Below are positions 55,116 to 62,529 of a DNA stretch of 64,000 nucleotides, one piece after another. Where the stretch lies: the NCBI GenBank assembly GCA_963785845.1, contig CAWAWP010000001.1:313132-377131 (forward strand), given 5' to 3'. Origin of the DNA: an uncultured Chloroflexia bacterium. Its GTDB lineage: Bacteria > Chloroflexota > Ktedonobacteria > Ktedonobacterales > JADMIN01. Every line of letters starts with the position of its first letter. The stretch's first letter is position 1. A program made the position numbers and the translations under genes. Under the pieces are notes generated by a model, which made no database searches, was not told the DNA's origin, and worked only from the letters and a program-made list of their open reading frames with translations.

Positions 55116-57263
55116 TCATGAGAAGCGTTGGGCGTCCTCCGCCTGAGGGATCGCTTGCTTTGCCGGGCGCACGCTGACCCGGTTGCTGTGGAAGGTGCTC
55201 TGGCCGGCGAGATCGGCCAGCGCGTCCGGGGTCGTCCAGTTGACGTTGCGACGGTCGAGTGAGAGGCCCGCCCAGCGTCCCTTCGGCGCCACCGCAACGC
55301 CAGGGCCGACGCTCTCGGTGACGACCGCGCGCAGGCGACACCAGCCACGTGTGCTCTCGACGATCACCTCTTCGCCGTCGACGATTCCGCGCTCGGCGGC
55401 GTCTGCGGGCGAGATCTCGATGAAAGGCTCGCCGGCCTTGGCAATCAGCGATGGCTGGTTGCCCATGCTGCTACTGACGAACTGGTGCGACGCACCTGAG
55501 AGCAGCGTCAGCCGCCCGTCCGCGCGCGCGTCGCTCAGTTCAGCTGGGGGGATGTATTCCGGCAGCGGATCGATCCCCTCGGCGATCAGCGCGTCGCAGC
55601 GTAGCTCGACCTTCCCCGACGGCGTCGGGAAGCGCAGATCGGCGAACGGCGCCTCGTGTTCGGTTGGCATCGTCAGCGGCACGGTACCTTCGGCGCGCAG
55701 CCGCTCCAGCGTGACGCCTTCGAGCAGTGGATTCGTCGCTCGCGTCGCCGTGAAGATTTCGTCGATCACCTCGTCGGCGCTCTGGCGCAACCAGGGATCG
55801 TCGTAGCCGAGCGCCTCCGCCAGCAGCCGCGTCACGTCCCAATCGCTTTTGGCCTCGCCGAGCGGCGCGATCGCCGCTGCGTTGAATTGCATGTAGTGGT
55901 GGCCGTAGCCTTTGTGCAGATCCACCTGCTCAAGCTGGCTGGTAGCGGGCAAAACGATGTCGGCGTAGCGTGCGGTATCCGTCAGGAACAGATCGTGGAC
56001 GACGGTAAAGAGATCGTCGCGCTGCAGACCGCGGACGATCAGCCCGGCATTCGGCGTGGAGGCGACAGGATTGGCGCAGAAGACGAACAGCGAGCGGATC
56101 GGGGGATCGTAGACCTCGCCGGTAAGCGCCGCGCCCAGCCGGTTCATATTGACGACGCGTGGCGTAGGCGGGCACGCGGCGGCATGCGATAGCGCCTCGG
56201 CATCCCAGCGCACGTAGTCGCTGGTGCTATAGCTCACGCCGCCGCCACGCACGCCGATCTGCCCGACCACCGCCGGCAAGCAGCAGAGCGCCCGCACCGT
56301 CTGGCCGCCGTTGCCATGCCGCTGTATGCCGTCTGAGAACTTCAGCAGTGCCGGCTTCGTCGTGCCGTAGCGGTGCGCCAGCGCCTCGATCACCTCCGCC
56401 GCGACTCCGCTAATTTCCGCCACGCGCCCCGGCGTATACGACTCGGTACGCGCGCGCAGCTCCTCCCAGCCAATGGTGTTTGCCGCGAGCCACGCCTCGT
56501 CTGCCAGCCCGTCGCGGAAGAGCACGTGCATCAGTCCCAGCGCCAGCGCGGCGTCGGTGGCCGGGCGCGGGCGGATGTATTCGTCGGCGGATCGCGCGGT
56601 AAGCGTCTTGCGCGGATCGATGACGACGACATGCGCCCCCCGTCGCTGCGCCTCACGCAAGAAGGGCATGGCGTGCGGACCCGTACTGGCGGGATTGTGC
56701 CCCCACAGCACGATCAGCCGGCTGTGAACGAAGTCGGCGTAGGGCGGCGCCCACCGTGCGCCGAGCGTCGCCTGCACCGCGCGCTCCGCCGCCGCGCCAC
56801 AGATCGAGCGTTCGAGCCCGCTTGCACCCATGCGATTCCAGAGTCGCTGGCTGACGACACGGTTATGCACTAGGCCGAGCGTGCCGCTATACGAATAGGG
56901 CAAAATCGCCGCGCCGCCGTCCTCGGCGATGATCCGCTTCCAGCGAGACGTGATCTCGGCGATCGCTTCGTCCCATGAGATGCGTTGCCAGTCCTCCGGC
57001 GCATCGCTGCCTTTCGGCCCAACGCGGCGCATCGGATAGAGCAGGCGGTCGGGCGCGTAGACACGTTCGAGGTAGGGGCGCACCTTGGCACAGAGCCAGC
57101 CGTCGGTCACGGGGTGCGAGGCGTCAGCGTAAAACCGTACGGCGCGTCCGTCGCGCACCTCAGTTATCGTCGCGCAAGTATCGGGGCAGTCGTGTGGGCA
57201 CGCGCCGCGCACCAGGCGGGTGTCGGATTGCAACGCGGAAAGCGCATCAGACATATCGGGCAT
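55116..57263 (-). CDS. Molybdopterin (bis-MGD) oxidoreductase, DMSO-reductase superfamily
   Basis: N-terminal 4Fe-4S motif CPHDCPDTCA...WLCAK. MopB core strings VIDPRKT and CGAAAERA. C-terminal MGD-binding barrel (ISPADAAERGIVDGEEV). Start trimmed to ATG 57263. The ORF-track 5' extension to 57923 overlaps the next gene. Confidence 0.85.
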   Translation of the reverse strand: MPDMSDALSALQSDTRLVRGACPHDCPDTCATITEVRDGRAVRFYADASHPVTDGWLCAKVRPYLERVYAPDRLLYPMRRVGPKGSDAPEDWQRISWDEAIAEITSRWKRIIAEDGGAAILPYSYSGTLGLVHNRVVSQRLWNRMGASGLERSICGAAAERAVQATLGARWAPPYADFVHSRLIVLWGHNPASTGPHAMPFLREAQRRGAHVVVIDPRKTLTARSADEYIRPRPATDAALALGLMHVLFRDGLADEAWLAANTIGWEELRARTESYTPGRVAEISGVAAEVIEALAHRYGTTKPALLKFSDGIQRHGNGGQTVRALCCLPAVVGQIGVRGGGVSYSTSDYVRWDAEALSHAAACPPTPRVVNMNRLGAALTGEVYDPPIRSLFVFCANPVASTPNAGLIVRGLQRDDLFTVVHDLFLTDTARYADIVLPATSQLEQVDLHKGYGHHYMQFNAAAIAPLGEAKSDWDVTRLLAEALGYDDPWLRQSADEVIDEIFTATRATNPLLEGVTLERLRAEGTVPLTMPTEHEAPFADLRFPTPSGKVELRCDALIAEGIDPLPEYIPPAELSDARADGRLTLLSGASHQFVSSSMGNQPSLIAKAGEPFIEISPADAAERGIVDGEEVIVESTRGWCRLRAVVTESVGPGVAVAPKGRWAGLSLDRRNVNWTTPDALADLAGQSTFHSNRVSVRPAKQAIPQAEDAQRFS

Positions 57264-57454
57264 GGCGGGATTCCCCTTCTCGTGGCGAGAGGCGATGCAC
57301 GCCGTCGTATCGTATGCGAGAAGTGCCCACAGGGGCAAGCATGCCCAACTGCCGACCCGTTCCCTGTCCTTTCTGTGCTCTCCCTGTGCTCTCCCTGTTC
57401 TCTGTGGTGAGGGGCTGCCTGCATCCGGCGCGACCGGTTGTGTTACAACTGCAC

Positions 57455-57895
57455 CTAACGTACCGGCGTGAGGATCACCACTGGGATGACGCGCGTGACG
57501 CCCTGCTGATAGCCTTCGTAGCGCGGCCAGACGGCGACCAGCCGTAACCAGAGCCGCACGCGCTCGTCGCCCTGGGCGTCTTCCGCCGTGACGGCGAACG
57601 CTCTCCGCCGCACGCGAGCGACGGCATTGGGGTTGGCGCCGAGATTGAGGTACCACGCGGGGTCGAATGGCGCGCCGAAGTTCGAGGCGCAGACGATGTA
57701 GCGCTCGCCGTCGCGGATGAAGAGCAGCGCGTGAGTGCGCGGCTCGCCAGACTTGCGGCCCCTGGTGGTGAGGAGGAGAATGTCGTACCGGCCCTGGCGT
57801 CCGCCGAGGCGCCCACCCGAGACGCGAAACGCGAGCTGCGTCAGCCGATCGACCGTCCGCATAAAGCCATGCCGCAGTCGCAGGCTCCGAGTCAT
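57455..57895 (-). CDS. Deazaflavin (F420)-dependent nitroreductase-family protein (DDN/DUF385-like)
   Basis: LLLTTRGRKSGEPRTHALLFIRDGERYIVCASNFGAPFDPAWYLNL is characteristic of the family. Start trimmed to ATG 57895; the ORF track begins at 58462. Confidence 0.75.
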   Translation of the reverse strand: MTRSLRLRHGFMRTVDRLTQLAFRVSGGRLGGRQGRYDILLLTTRGRKSGEPRTHALLFIRDGERYIVCASNFGAPFDPAWYLNLGANPNAVARVRRRAFAVTAEDAQGDERVRLWLRLVAVWPRYEGYQQGVTRVIPVVILTPVR

Positions 57896-57977
57896 GGCGT
57901 CCCCTTGCGGCTTCGTCGAGCACGGGCGTTTGCTACATACTATCAGACAGCGTGAATGTGTTGAGGAGGCGCCAGGC

Positions 57978-58928
57978 ATGCGCGTACTGTTGACCGGCGC
58001 GACCGGGCACCTCGGGGAGTACACCCTGCGCGAGCTGCTGCGCCAGGGGCATCGCGTGCGCTGCCTGATCCGCAATGACCGCGCGGGCAAGCGGCTGACG
58101 CGACTCGGCGCCCCTGGGAAGGTAGAGATCGCGCCCGGTGACGTGCGCGACGAGGCATCGCTAGCACGCGCGGTGGATGGGCAGGACGCGGTGCTGCACC
58201 TGGCGGCGCTGCTGCCGCCGCTGAGCGACCAGCAGCCGGAGCTGGCCCGCGCGGTGAATCTGGGCGGCACGCAGGCGCTACTGCGCGTGTTGCGGGCGTC
58301 GCCACAACCGGCGCGGCTGGTGTATGTCTCGTCGGTGGCACTCTTTGGGAACACACAGGCGCTCACGCCACCTCGGCGCGCGGGCGATCCGATCGCGCCG
58401 CTCGATCCGTATAGCCAGCAGAAGGCGGAGTGCGAAGGGCTGGTACGCGACTCCGGGCTCACCTACACGATCCTGCGGCTCTCGGCGGTGCCGCGCTTCA
58501 AAGAGGGGTTCGATCCCCTGCGCATCCGCGCGATGTTTTCGATCGCGCCGACTGACCGCATGGAATGCATCCATCCCTATGACGCGGCGCTGGCGCTGGC
58601 GAACGCCTGCGCGTCGGAGGGCGTGTGGGGCAAGACGCTGCTCATCTCGGGCGGTCCCCGCTGCCAGATGACGATGGCGGACTACTATCGTGGCTACCTC
58701 GACGCCATGGGCATCGGTCCATTCGACGCGCGGTACTTTGCCACCGACTCGTATCACCTCGACTGGTACGACACGGCGGAGGGAGTGGCCCTGCTGCACT
58801 ATCAGCGGCACGGCTACGACGATTTCGTCGCCGAGCTGCGGCGGCGCACCTGGCCGACTCGCATCGTGGCAACAACCTTCCGGCCACTCGCGCGCGCCTT
58901 CTTGCTGCGCTATGCGGCGAGGCGTTGA
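57978..58928 (+). CDS. NAD(P)-dependent epimerase/dehydratase-family protein
   Basis: Rossmann start MRVLLTGATGHLG and the YSQQK catalytic context. ATG at 57978 after GAGGAGG; the ORF track begins at 57735. Confidence 0.8.
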   Translation: MRVLLTGATGHLGEYTLRELLRQGHRVRCLIRNDRAGKRLTRLGAPGKVEIAPGDVRDEASLARAVDGQDAVLHLAALLPPLSDQQPELARAVNLGGTQALLRVLRASPQPARLVYVSSVALFGNTQALTPPRRAGDPIAPLDPYSQQKAECEGLVRDSGLTYTILRLSAVPRFKEGFDPLRIRAMFSIAPTDRMECIHPYDAALALANACASEGVWGKTLLISGGPRCQMTMADYYRGYLDAMGIGPFDARYFATDSYHLDWYDTAEGVALLHYQRHGYDDFVAELRRRTWPTRIVATTFRPLARAFLLRYAARR

Positions 58929-58997
58929 CACGCGCGAGCAGTTAGGTGCTATCGTCGCGTGACTGCGCCCCCGAGTGCGCACGCAAGCCAGCAACGC

Positions 58998-59198
58998 CTA
59001 TCTTTCAGTCTTCCATAAGATATGGTCTACCGGCCCGTCCTGGGACTTCGCCTTGATATACGCATAGGACGTTTGCACGATGTGCTCAAGGACCGGCAGC
59101 TCAATAGCGCTCAGGCGCTTGATAAAGACGCAATACCCAGTCGTCGTATGTTTCCCCAACGTCGCCAGCGCTTCGGCGTGGCGCGCCGTGCCATCCAT
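58998..59198 (-). CDS. Short DUF1801/YdhG-like C-terminal-half protein (66 aa), possibly a fragment
   Basis: LGKHTTTGYCVFIKRLSAIELPVLEHIV resembles the C-terminal half of YdhG-like proteins. The upstream part of the track ORF (to 59726) is Arg-rich and not protein-like. Confidence 0.4.
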   Translation of the reverse strand: MDGTARHAEALATLGKHTTTGYCVFIKRLSAIELPVLEHIVQTSYAYIKAKSQDGPVDHILWKTER

Positions 59199-59230
59199 CA
59201 GGCATACAACCGGTACAGGGGCCGCGCAGA

Positions 59231-59620
59231 CTACTGCGTCGCCTGCGGTGGCCGCAGCACGATGTAGTTCACCGTGGCGACCACGGCCAGCAGCACCAGC
59301 CCGAGCAGGCCGGTCCCGAGCAGCCAGCCCCCGAAGCCGGCACCGAGCGCCACCGCCGCCCAGAGGGCAAGGCCGCTCAGCAGTAAGAGCAGGCCGAAGG
59401 TCATGCCGACCCACAGCAAGGCCAAGCGCTGGCGCTCGGCGAAGGGCAGGGTGTGCGGTCCCGTCGCGGTGGGCTGCCGGGCGGCCGGCGTCGTTGGCGT
59501 GGGTGGCCTCGCGCCACCTGTGGGCGCGCGGACGGGCACGGTAGCGGAACGCGCGAAGACCAGACCCTCCACAGGTTCCGCGTCGTCGCCGTTGGTCTGG
59601 GGGGCCGTCTGAGGGGTCAT
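59231..59620 (-). CDS. Small membrane protein with two TM helices and a Pro/Thr-rich N-terminus
   Basis: ATG at 59620 after AGGAGG. TM segments LALLWVGMTFGLLLLLSGLALWAAVAL and WLLGTGLLGLVLLAVVATV. Confidence 0.5.
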   Translation of the reverse strand: MTPQTAPQTNGDDAEPVEGLVFARSATVPVRAPTGGARPPTPTTPAARQPTATGPHTLPFAERQRLALLWVGMTFGLLLLLSGLALWAAVALGAGFGGWLLGTGLLGLVLLAVVATVNYIVLRPPQATQ

Positions 59621-59765
59621 GTCGTCTGCCTCCTGTTCGCCGGAGTGGCGTGGCTCGGACACAGCGTGCGCACGATGGTTGGCTTCCAGCCCCACGGGGC
59701 ACCGCAAGACCCTTGCCACAAGCCACTGCCCCAGCACGTGCGCCGCGCTGTAATCACTAGCCCTG

Positions 59766-60077
59766 CTAGGCTTCGCTCCAGCCTGCGGCATACTTCCGCG
59801 CCGTGGCGAGGCGTCGCTCGATGGCGTCGAACGCCGCCAGTATCTGGCGCTTCTCGTCCGCCGTCGGGTGCGCACCCTCCAGCGTCACGTCGCTGCGCAT
59901 CACCTCCAGTTGCAGCAGCGCGAAGGCGGCATTGTTGGTGTAGCGCTCGACCCGCTCGGCGAACGTGCCGGGCCCCTCGGTGACGGAGGCGAGGAGCGTG
60001 GCGTCCACCTCCGCCTCGTCCATCGGCAGGCCGTCCACGTCTGCCTCATCCATCGGCATTGCATCCATCTCGTTCAT
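59766..60077 (-). CDS. Acidic hypothetical protein with an internal repeat (MPMDEADVDGLPMDEAEVD)
   Basis: ATG at 60077 after GGAAGGAG. The frame is coding-like. No recognisable family. Confidence 0.5.
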   Translation of the reverse strand: MNEMDAMPMDEADVDGLPMDEAEVDATLLASVTEGPGTFAERVERYTNNAAFALLQLEVMRSDVTLEGAHPTADEKRQILAAFDAIERRLATARKYAAGWSEA

Positions 60078-60139
60078 CTCGTTGCTCCTTCCCACGCCTT
60101 GGAGTGTATGGCGGGACGCCGCCCGTTGCCGTCACAATC

Positions 60140-60176
60140 CGCACACACACGCACGCACACGCACACACACGTATGC
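60140..60176. repeat. 37-nt perfectly alternating pyrimidine-purine tract (CA/CG mixed microsatellite)
   Basis: cgcacacacacgcacgcacacgcacacacacgtatgc read directly from the sequence. It lies 63-100 nt upstream of the 60077 start on the opposite strand. Confidence 0.8.
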
Positions 60177-60669
60177 CGCACGCTTAGTGAGGTCGAATTC
60201 CGGCAGTCGGCTGGGAGGGGGGACGCGGGGAGACGCTGATGACGCGACGAGGGCATTTCAGGGTGCTCACCCGCAGCGGCCAGGGACGCAAAGACGCGGC
60301 CCGCGCGAGCGATTGGGAAGAGGCGGCGCGGGCCGCGCGGGCGTGCAACCTTGCGTCGCCCCTGCCATCACCGGCGTCGCAATGGAGACAACCGTCGGAG
60401 ACGATGGCGTGACGACCAAGCTGCAAGAGTCGTGCCGCACAGGTGCGCGACGTCGCGTACTACCAGTCGCTATGGGTGCTGGATGGCATTCTGGACCAGT
60501 AGGCACGCAGCCCAGGCGATGAACGCTCCCAGGCGGGAGGTGTACCGGGCGCGTGAGGGGGGGTCCAGCCTTTGGCGTAGGCCAGTTCGGTGAGGACGTC
60601 TGCCAGGTCCATCGTAGTCCTTTGCCCAATCTGGGCGAACTACTGGGCCTGCTTGTCAGAAAGTGGCTC

Positions 60670-60745
60670 TGGTAGCGGGGGGCGGACTCGAACCGCCGAC
60701 ACAGGGCTTATGAGTCCCTTGCTCTGCCGACTGAGCTACCCCGCC
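60670..60745 (-). tRNA. tRNA-Met (anticodon CAT; elongator Met or Ile2-type)
   Basis: Minus strand: GGCGGGGTAGCTCAGTCGGCAGAGCAAGGGACTCATAAGCCCTGTGTCGGCGGTTCGAGTCCGCCCCCCGCTACCA. It folds as a 76-nt cloverleaf with encoded CCA. There is one A31/G39 mismatch in the anticodon stem. Confidence 0.85.
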
Positions 60746-60840
60746 AGGGGCGAACAATCGGCTACCGCACCCCACCTGGAGCACGATAGCCGGGAATTGG
60801 TAGCGGGGGGCGGATTCGAACCGCCGACCTCCGGGTTATG

Positions 60841-61489
60841 CTTGCTACTACAGCTTTCGCTGCCCGGCGAACCGGTTTGTAGTCTGGACTTTCCCTTCAC
60901 CCTCGGCGTTACCCGTTAGGGTGCCTCACATCAAGTCTCTACACGTTCCTCAGAGGATTCATCATCCTCAAAGGCTTCGCTCGGGATTACCCTGCCAACG
61001 GCTTCCCCGAATTTGTGAGGTGTTCCTACAGGCGTTTCCCCTGTAGAGCCCATTGTGGAATGAAGTGCCAAGCGTCACGATAGTCGGCAGATTTGGGTTT
61101 TCGCTGACGCTTGTCGGCTTCGACCATGTGAATTTCACTGCCGTAGCCGATGAAAACGTCGCATGGGAAGACATAGAACACATCGACATCGTCGATGTAG
61201 ACGAGAGCAAAATCAAAATCTTCGGCTGAGTACACGCCGCGAATCATCATGCGACGATTCGTTTTCGTCCGACGGTTGTCCACGACATAATTGCCTGACG
61301 GACCATCGAACCAGGCGGATTTCACCTGAATCTTGACGAAAGCACTACCGACTGCAAAGACGAGATCGTATGGCAATCTGTCTCCAACTGGTCGGAGCAC
61401 TCCCCAACCGCGCTTCATCGCCTGAAGCACGGCTGCCTGCTCTGCGATGTCCCCCTTCAGCTTCGTATCCACTTTACTCCACGGAATCG
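60841..61489 (-). mobile_element. Group-I-like intron (between U33 and C34 of tRNA-fMet) carrying a homing-endonuclease ORF
   Basis: The 5' exon ends in U and the intron ends in G. The 3' 185 nt contain CAGACUAC...GUAGU (P7-like pairing), a CCGG-UUCG-CCGG hairpin, a CAGC-GAAA-GCUG hairpin, and GUAGAGACU..GGCACCC. From memory, these strings resemble tRNA-type (IC3) group I introns. Confidence 0.7.
61026..61472 (-). CDS. Intron-encoded PD-(D/E)XK-type homing endonuclease candidate (I-Ssp6803I-like), 148 aa
   Basis: KGDIAEQAAVLQAMKRGWGVLRPVGDRLPYDLVFAVGSAFVKIQVKSA shows a D...QxK restriction-fold core. The ORF lies wholly inside the intron if started at GTG 61472. The track ORF runs on through the tRNA exon to 61664, which cannot be real. 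Confidence 0.7.
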   Translation of the reverse strand: MDTKLKGDIAEQAAVLQAMKRGWGVLRPVGDRLPYDLVFAVGSAFVKIQVKSAWFDGPSGNYVVDNRRTKTNRRMMIRGVYSAEDFDFALVYIDDVDVFYVFPCDVFIGYGSEIHMVEADKRQRKPKSADYRDAWHFIPQWALQGKRL

Positions 61490-61533
61490 AGCCCGACGAG
61501 CTAACCACTGCTCTACCCCGCGTCGCAGAGGGG

Positions 61534-61562
61534 ATTGTACCATCGCCGCGCGGTGATGTCAA
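61534..61562 (-). promoter_or_regulatory. Consensus sigma70 promoter TTGACA-17-TACAAT driving the tRNA-fMet/tRNA-Met pair
   Basis: On the minus strand, TTGACA is at 61562..61557, the spacer is 17 nt, and TACAAT is at 61539..61534. The tRNA 5' end (61522) lies 12 nt downstream of the -10. Confidence 0.7.
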
Positions 61563-61742
61563 CGCACCCCCACTCCGACAGCTCGCCTCCGTCCGCGATT
61601 TCACCTCCCCGCGCGTGGGGAGTGACAAATGGGGAGTGATAAACAGGTGGTGGCGGGCATACACTGACGTATCGACGATTCGCGGATCCTCTGCGGATTC
61701 ACCACAACACGTGTTGCGCTACCAGATCCAGGAGTAGTACGT

Positions 61743-62210
61743 GTGGCGACGCTCCATTTGATGGTTGGACTTCCTTGCTCGGGAAAAACCACGCTGGCGC
61801 GGCAACTTGAGCGTGAGCAATCGGCCCTGCGCCTGACAGCCGATGAGTGGCACATACGTCTTTTCGGCCAAGATGCTGAGGAGCCAGAACATGATGCGCG
61901 CCATGGGCTCATTGAAGCCATGCTTTGGGACATCGCACGCCGAGCGCTCGAATTGGGCACGAATGTGATCCTCGACTTCGGCTTCTGGGCGCAGGAGGAA
62001 CGCGAAGACTATCGGTCTCGGGCAAAGCAGCTTGGGGCCAGCAGCGAAATACACTTTCTCGATGTAGCGGCGGATGAGTTGCTGCACCGGCTTGCGGCAA
62101 GAAATGCGCAGCCGGCGCCAACACGTTTCTACATTCCCGAAGCGATGATGAAGCCGTGGATCGCCTTCTTCCAACGCCCAACGCCCGACGAACTTGAGCG
62201 CCGCGAGTAG
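61743..62210 (+). CDS. P-loop kinase-like ATP-binding protein (AAA_33/zeta-toxin-like fold)
   Basis: Walker A MVGLPCSGKTTLA and VILDFGFW (Walker B-like). GTG start at 61743 after AGGAG. 155 aa. Confidence 0.7.
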   Translation: MATLHLMVGLPCSGKTTLARQLEREQSALRLTADEWHIRLFGQDAEEPEHDARHGLIEAMLWDIARRALELGTNVILDFGFWAQEEREDYRSRAKQLGASSEIHFLDVAADELLHRLAARNAQPAPTRFYIPEAMMKPWIAFFQRPTPDELERRE

Positions 62211-62529
62211 AGGCGAGCAGTCGCGCCACCGGGAGAGAACTCCCCGCCCATGCGCCCCATCCACTGGCCCCGCTTCACCCAGCCTCCTTCACCCAGCCCG
62301 CTTCACCCGCTCTCAACGGAAGCAGCAACCGCCGCCGTGCGCGTACCCAAAGCCACATAACCCTTGCGTCCACCATCGCTCAATGCTATACTGCCACCAG
62401 AACATATGTTCAATATGCCGCCGCCCCCCCACACCCCACGCGCCTCCTCCACCCCCCCATCGCCGCACCCGTCCCGCCTCCTTCCCCCGCAGATCCAGCC
62501 CCGAGAAGGACCCGCCAAAGGAGCCATCC

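Larger units (their letters stand above)
60798..61522 (-). tRNA. Initiator tRNA-fMet(CAT) gene interrupted in the anticodon loop by a 649-nt intron
   Basis: 5' exon 61522..61490: CGCGGGGTAGAGCAGTGGTTAGCTCGTCGGGCT. 3' exon 60840..60798: CATAACCCGGAGGTCGGCGGTTCGAATCCGCCCCCCGCTACCA. Joined, they give a 76-nt cloverleaf. It has a C1xU72 mismatch and three consecutive G-C pairs (29-31/39-41), which are initiator hallmarks. Confidence 0.8.

Noticed and set aside
60469-60620. A small minus-strand ORF, MDLADVLTELAYAKGWTPP..., has a reasonable SD (AAAGGA) and lies just downstream of the tRNA-Met gene.
   Set aside because: It is only about 50 codons long. The coding signal degrades after a G7/C7 homopolymer (60567..60573), where a frame change would be needed. 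There is no recognisable family. I leave it unannotated.
60798-61025. The tRNA-like 3' end (T-arm, acceptor, CCA) with no adjacent 5' half first looked like the 3' end of a tmRNA. The nearby GCAGCGAAAGCUGUAGUAGCAAGCAUAA looked like a tag-peptide region.
   Set aside because: No tmRNA-type 5' end (GGGG...UUCGAC) is present. A matching tRNA 5' half (D-arm plus the 5' anticodon stem) lies 649 nt upstream at 61490..61522, and the two halves join into a perfect initiator tRNA. A split tRNA with an intron therefore explains the data better.
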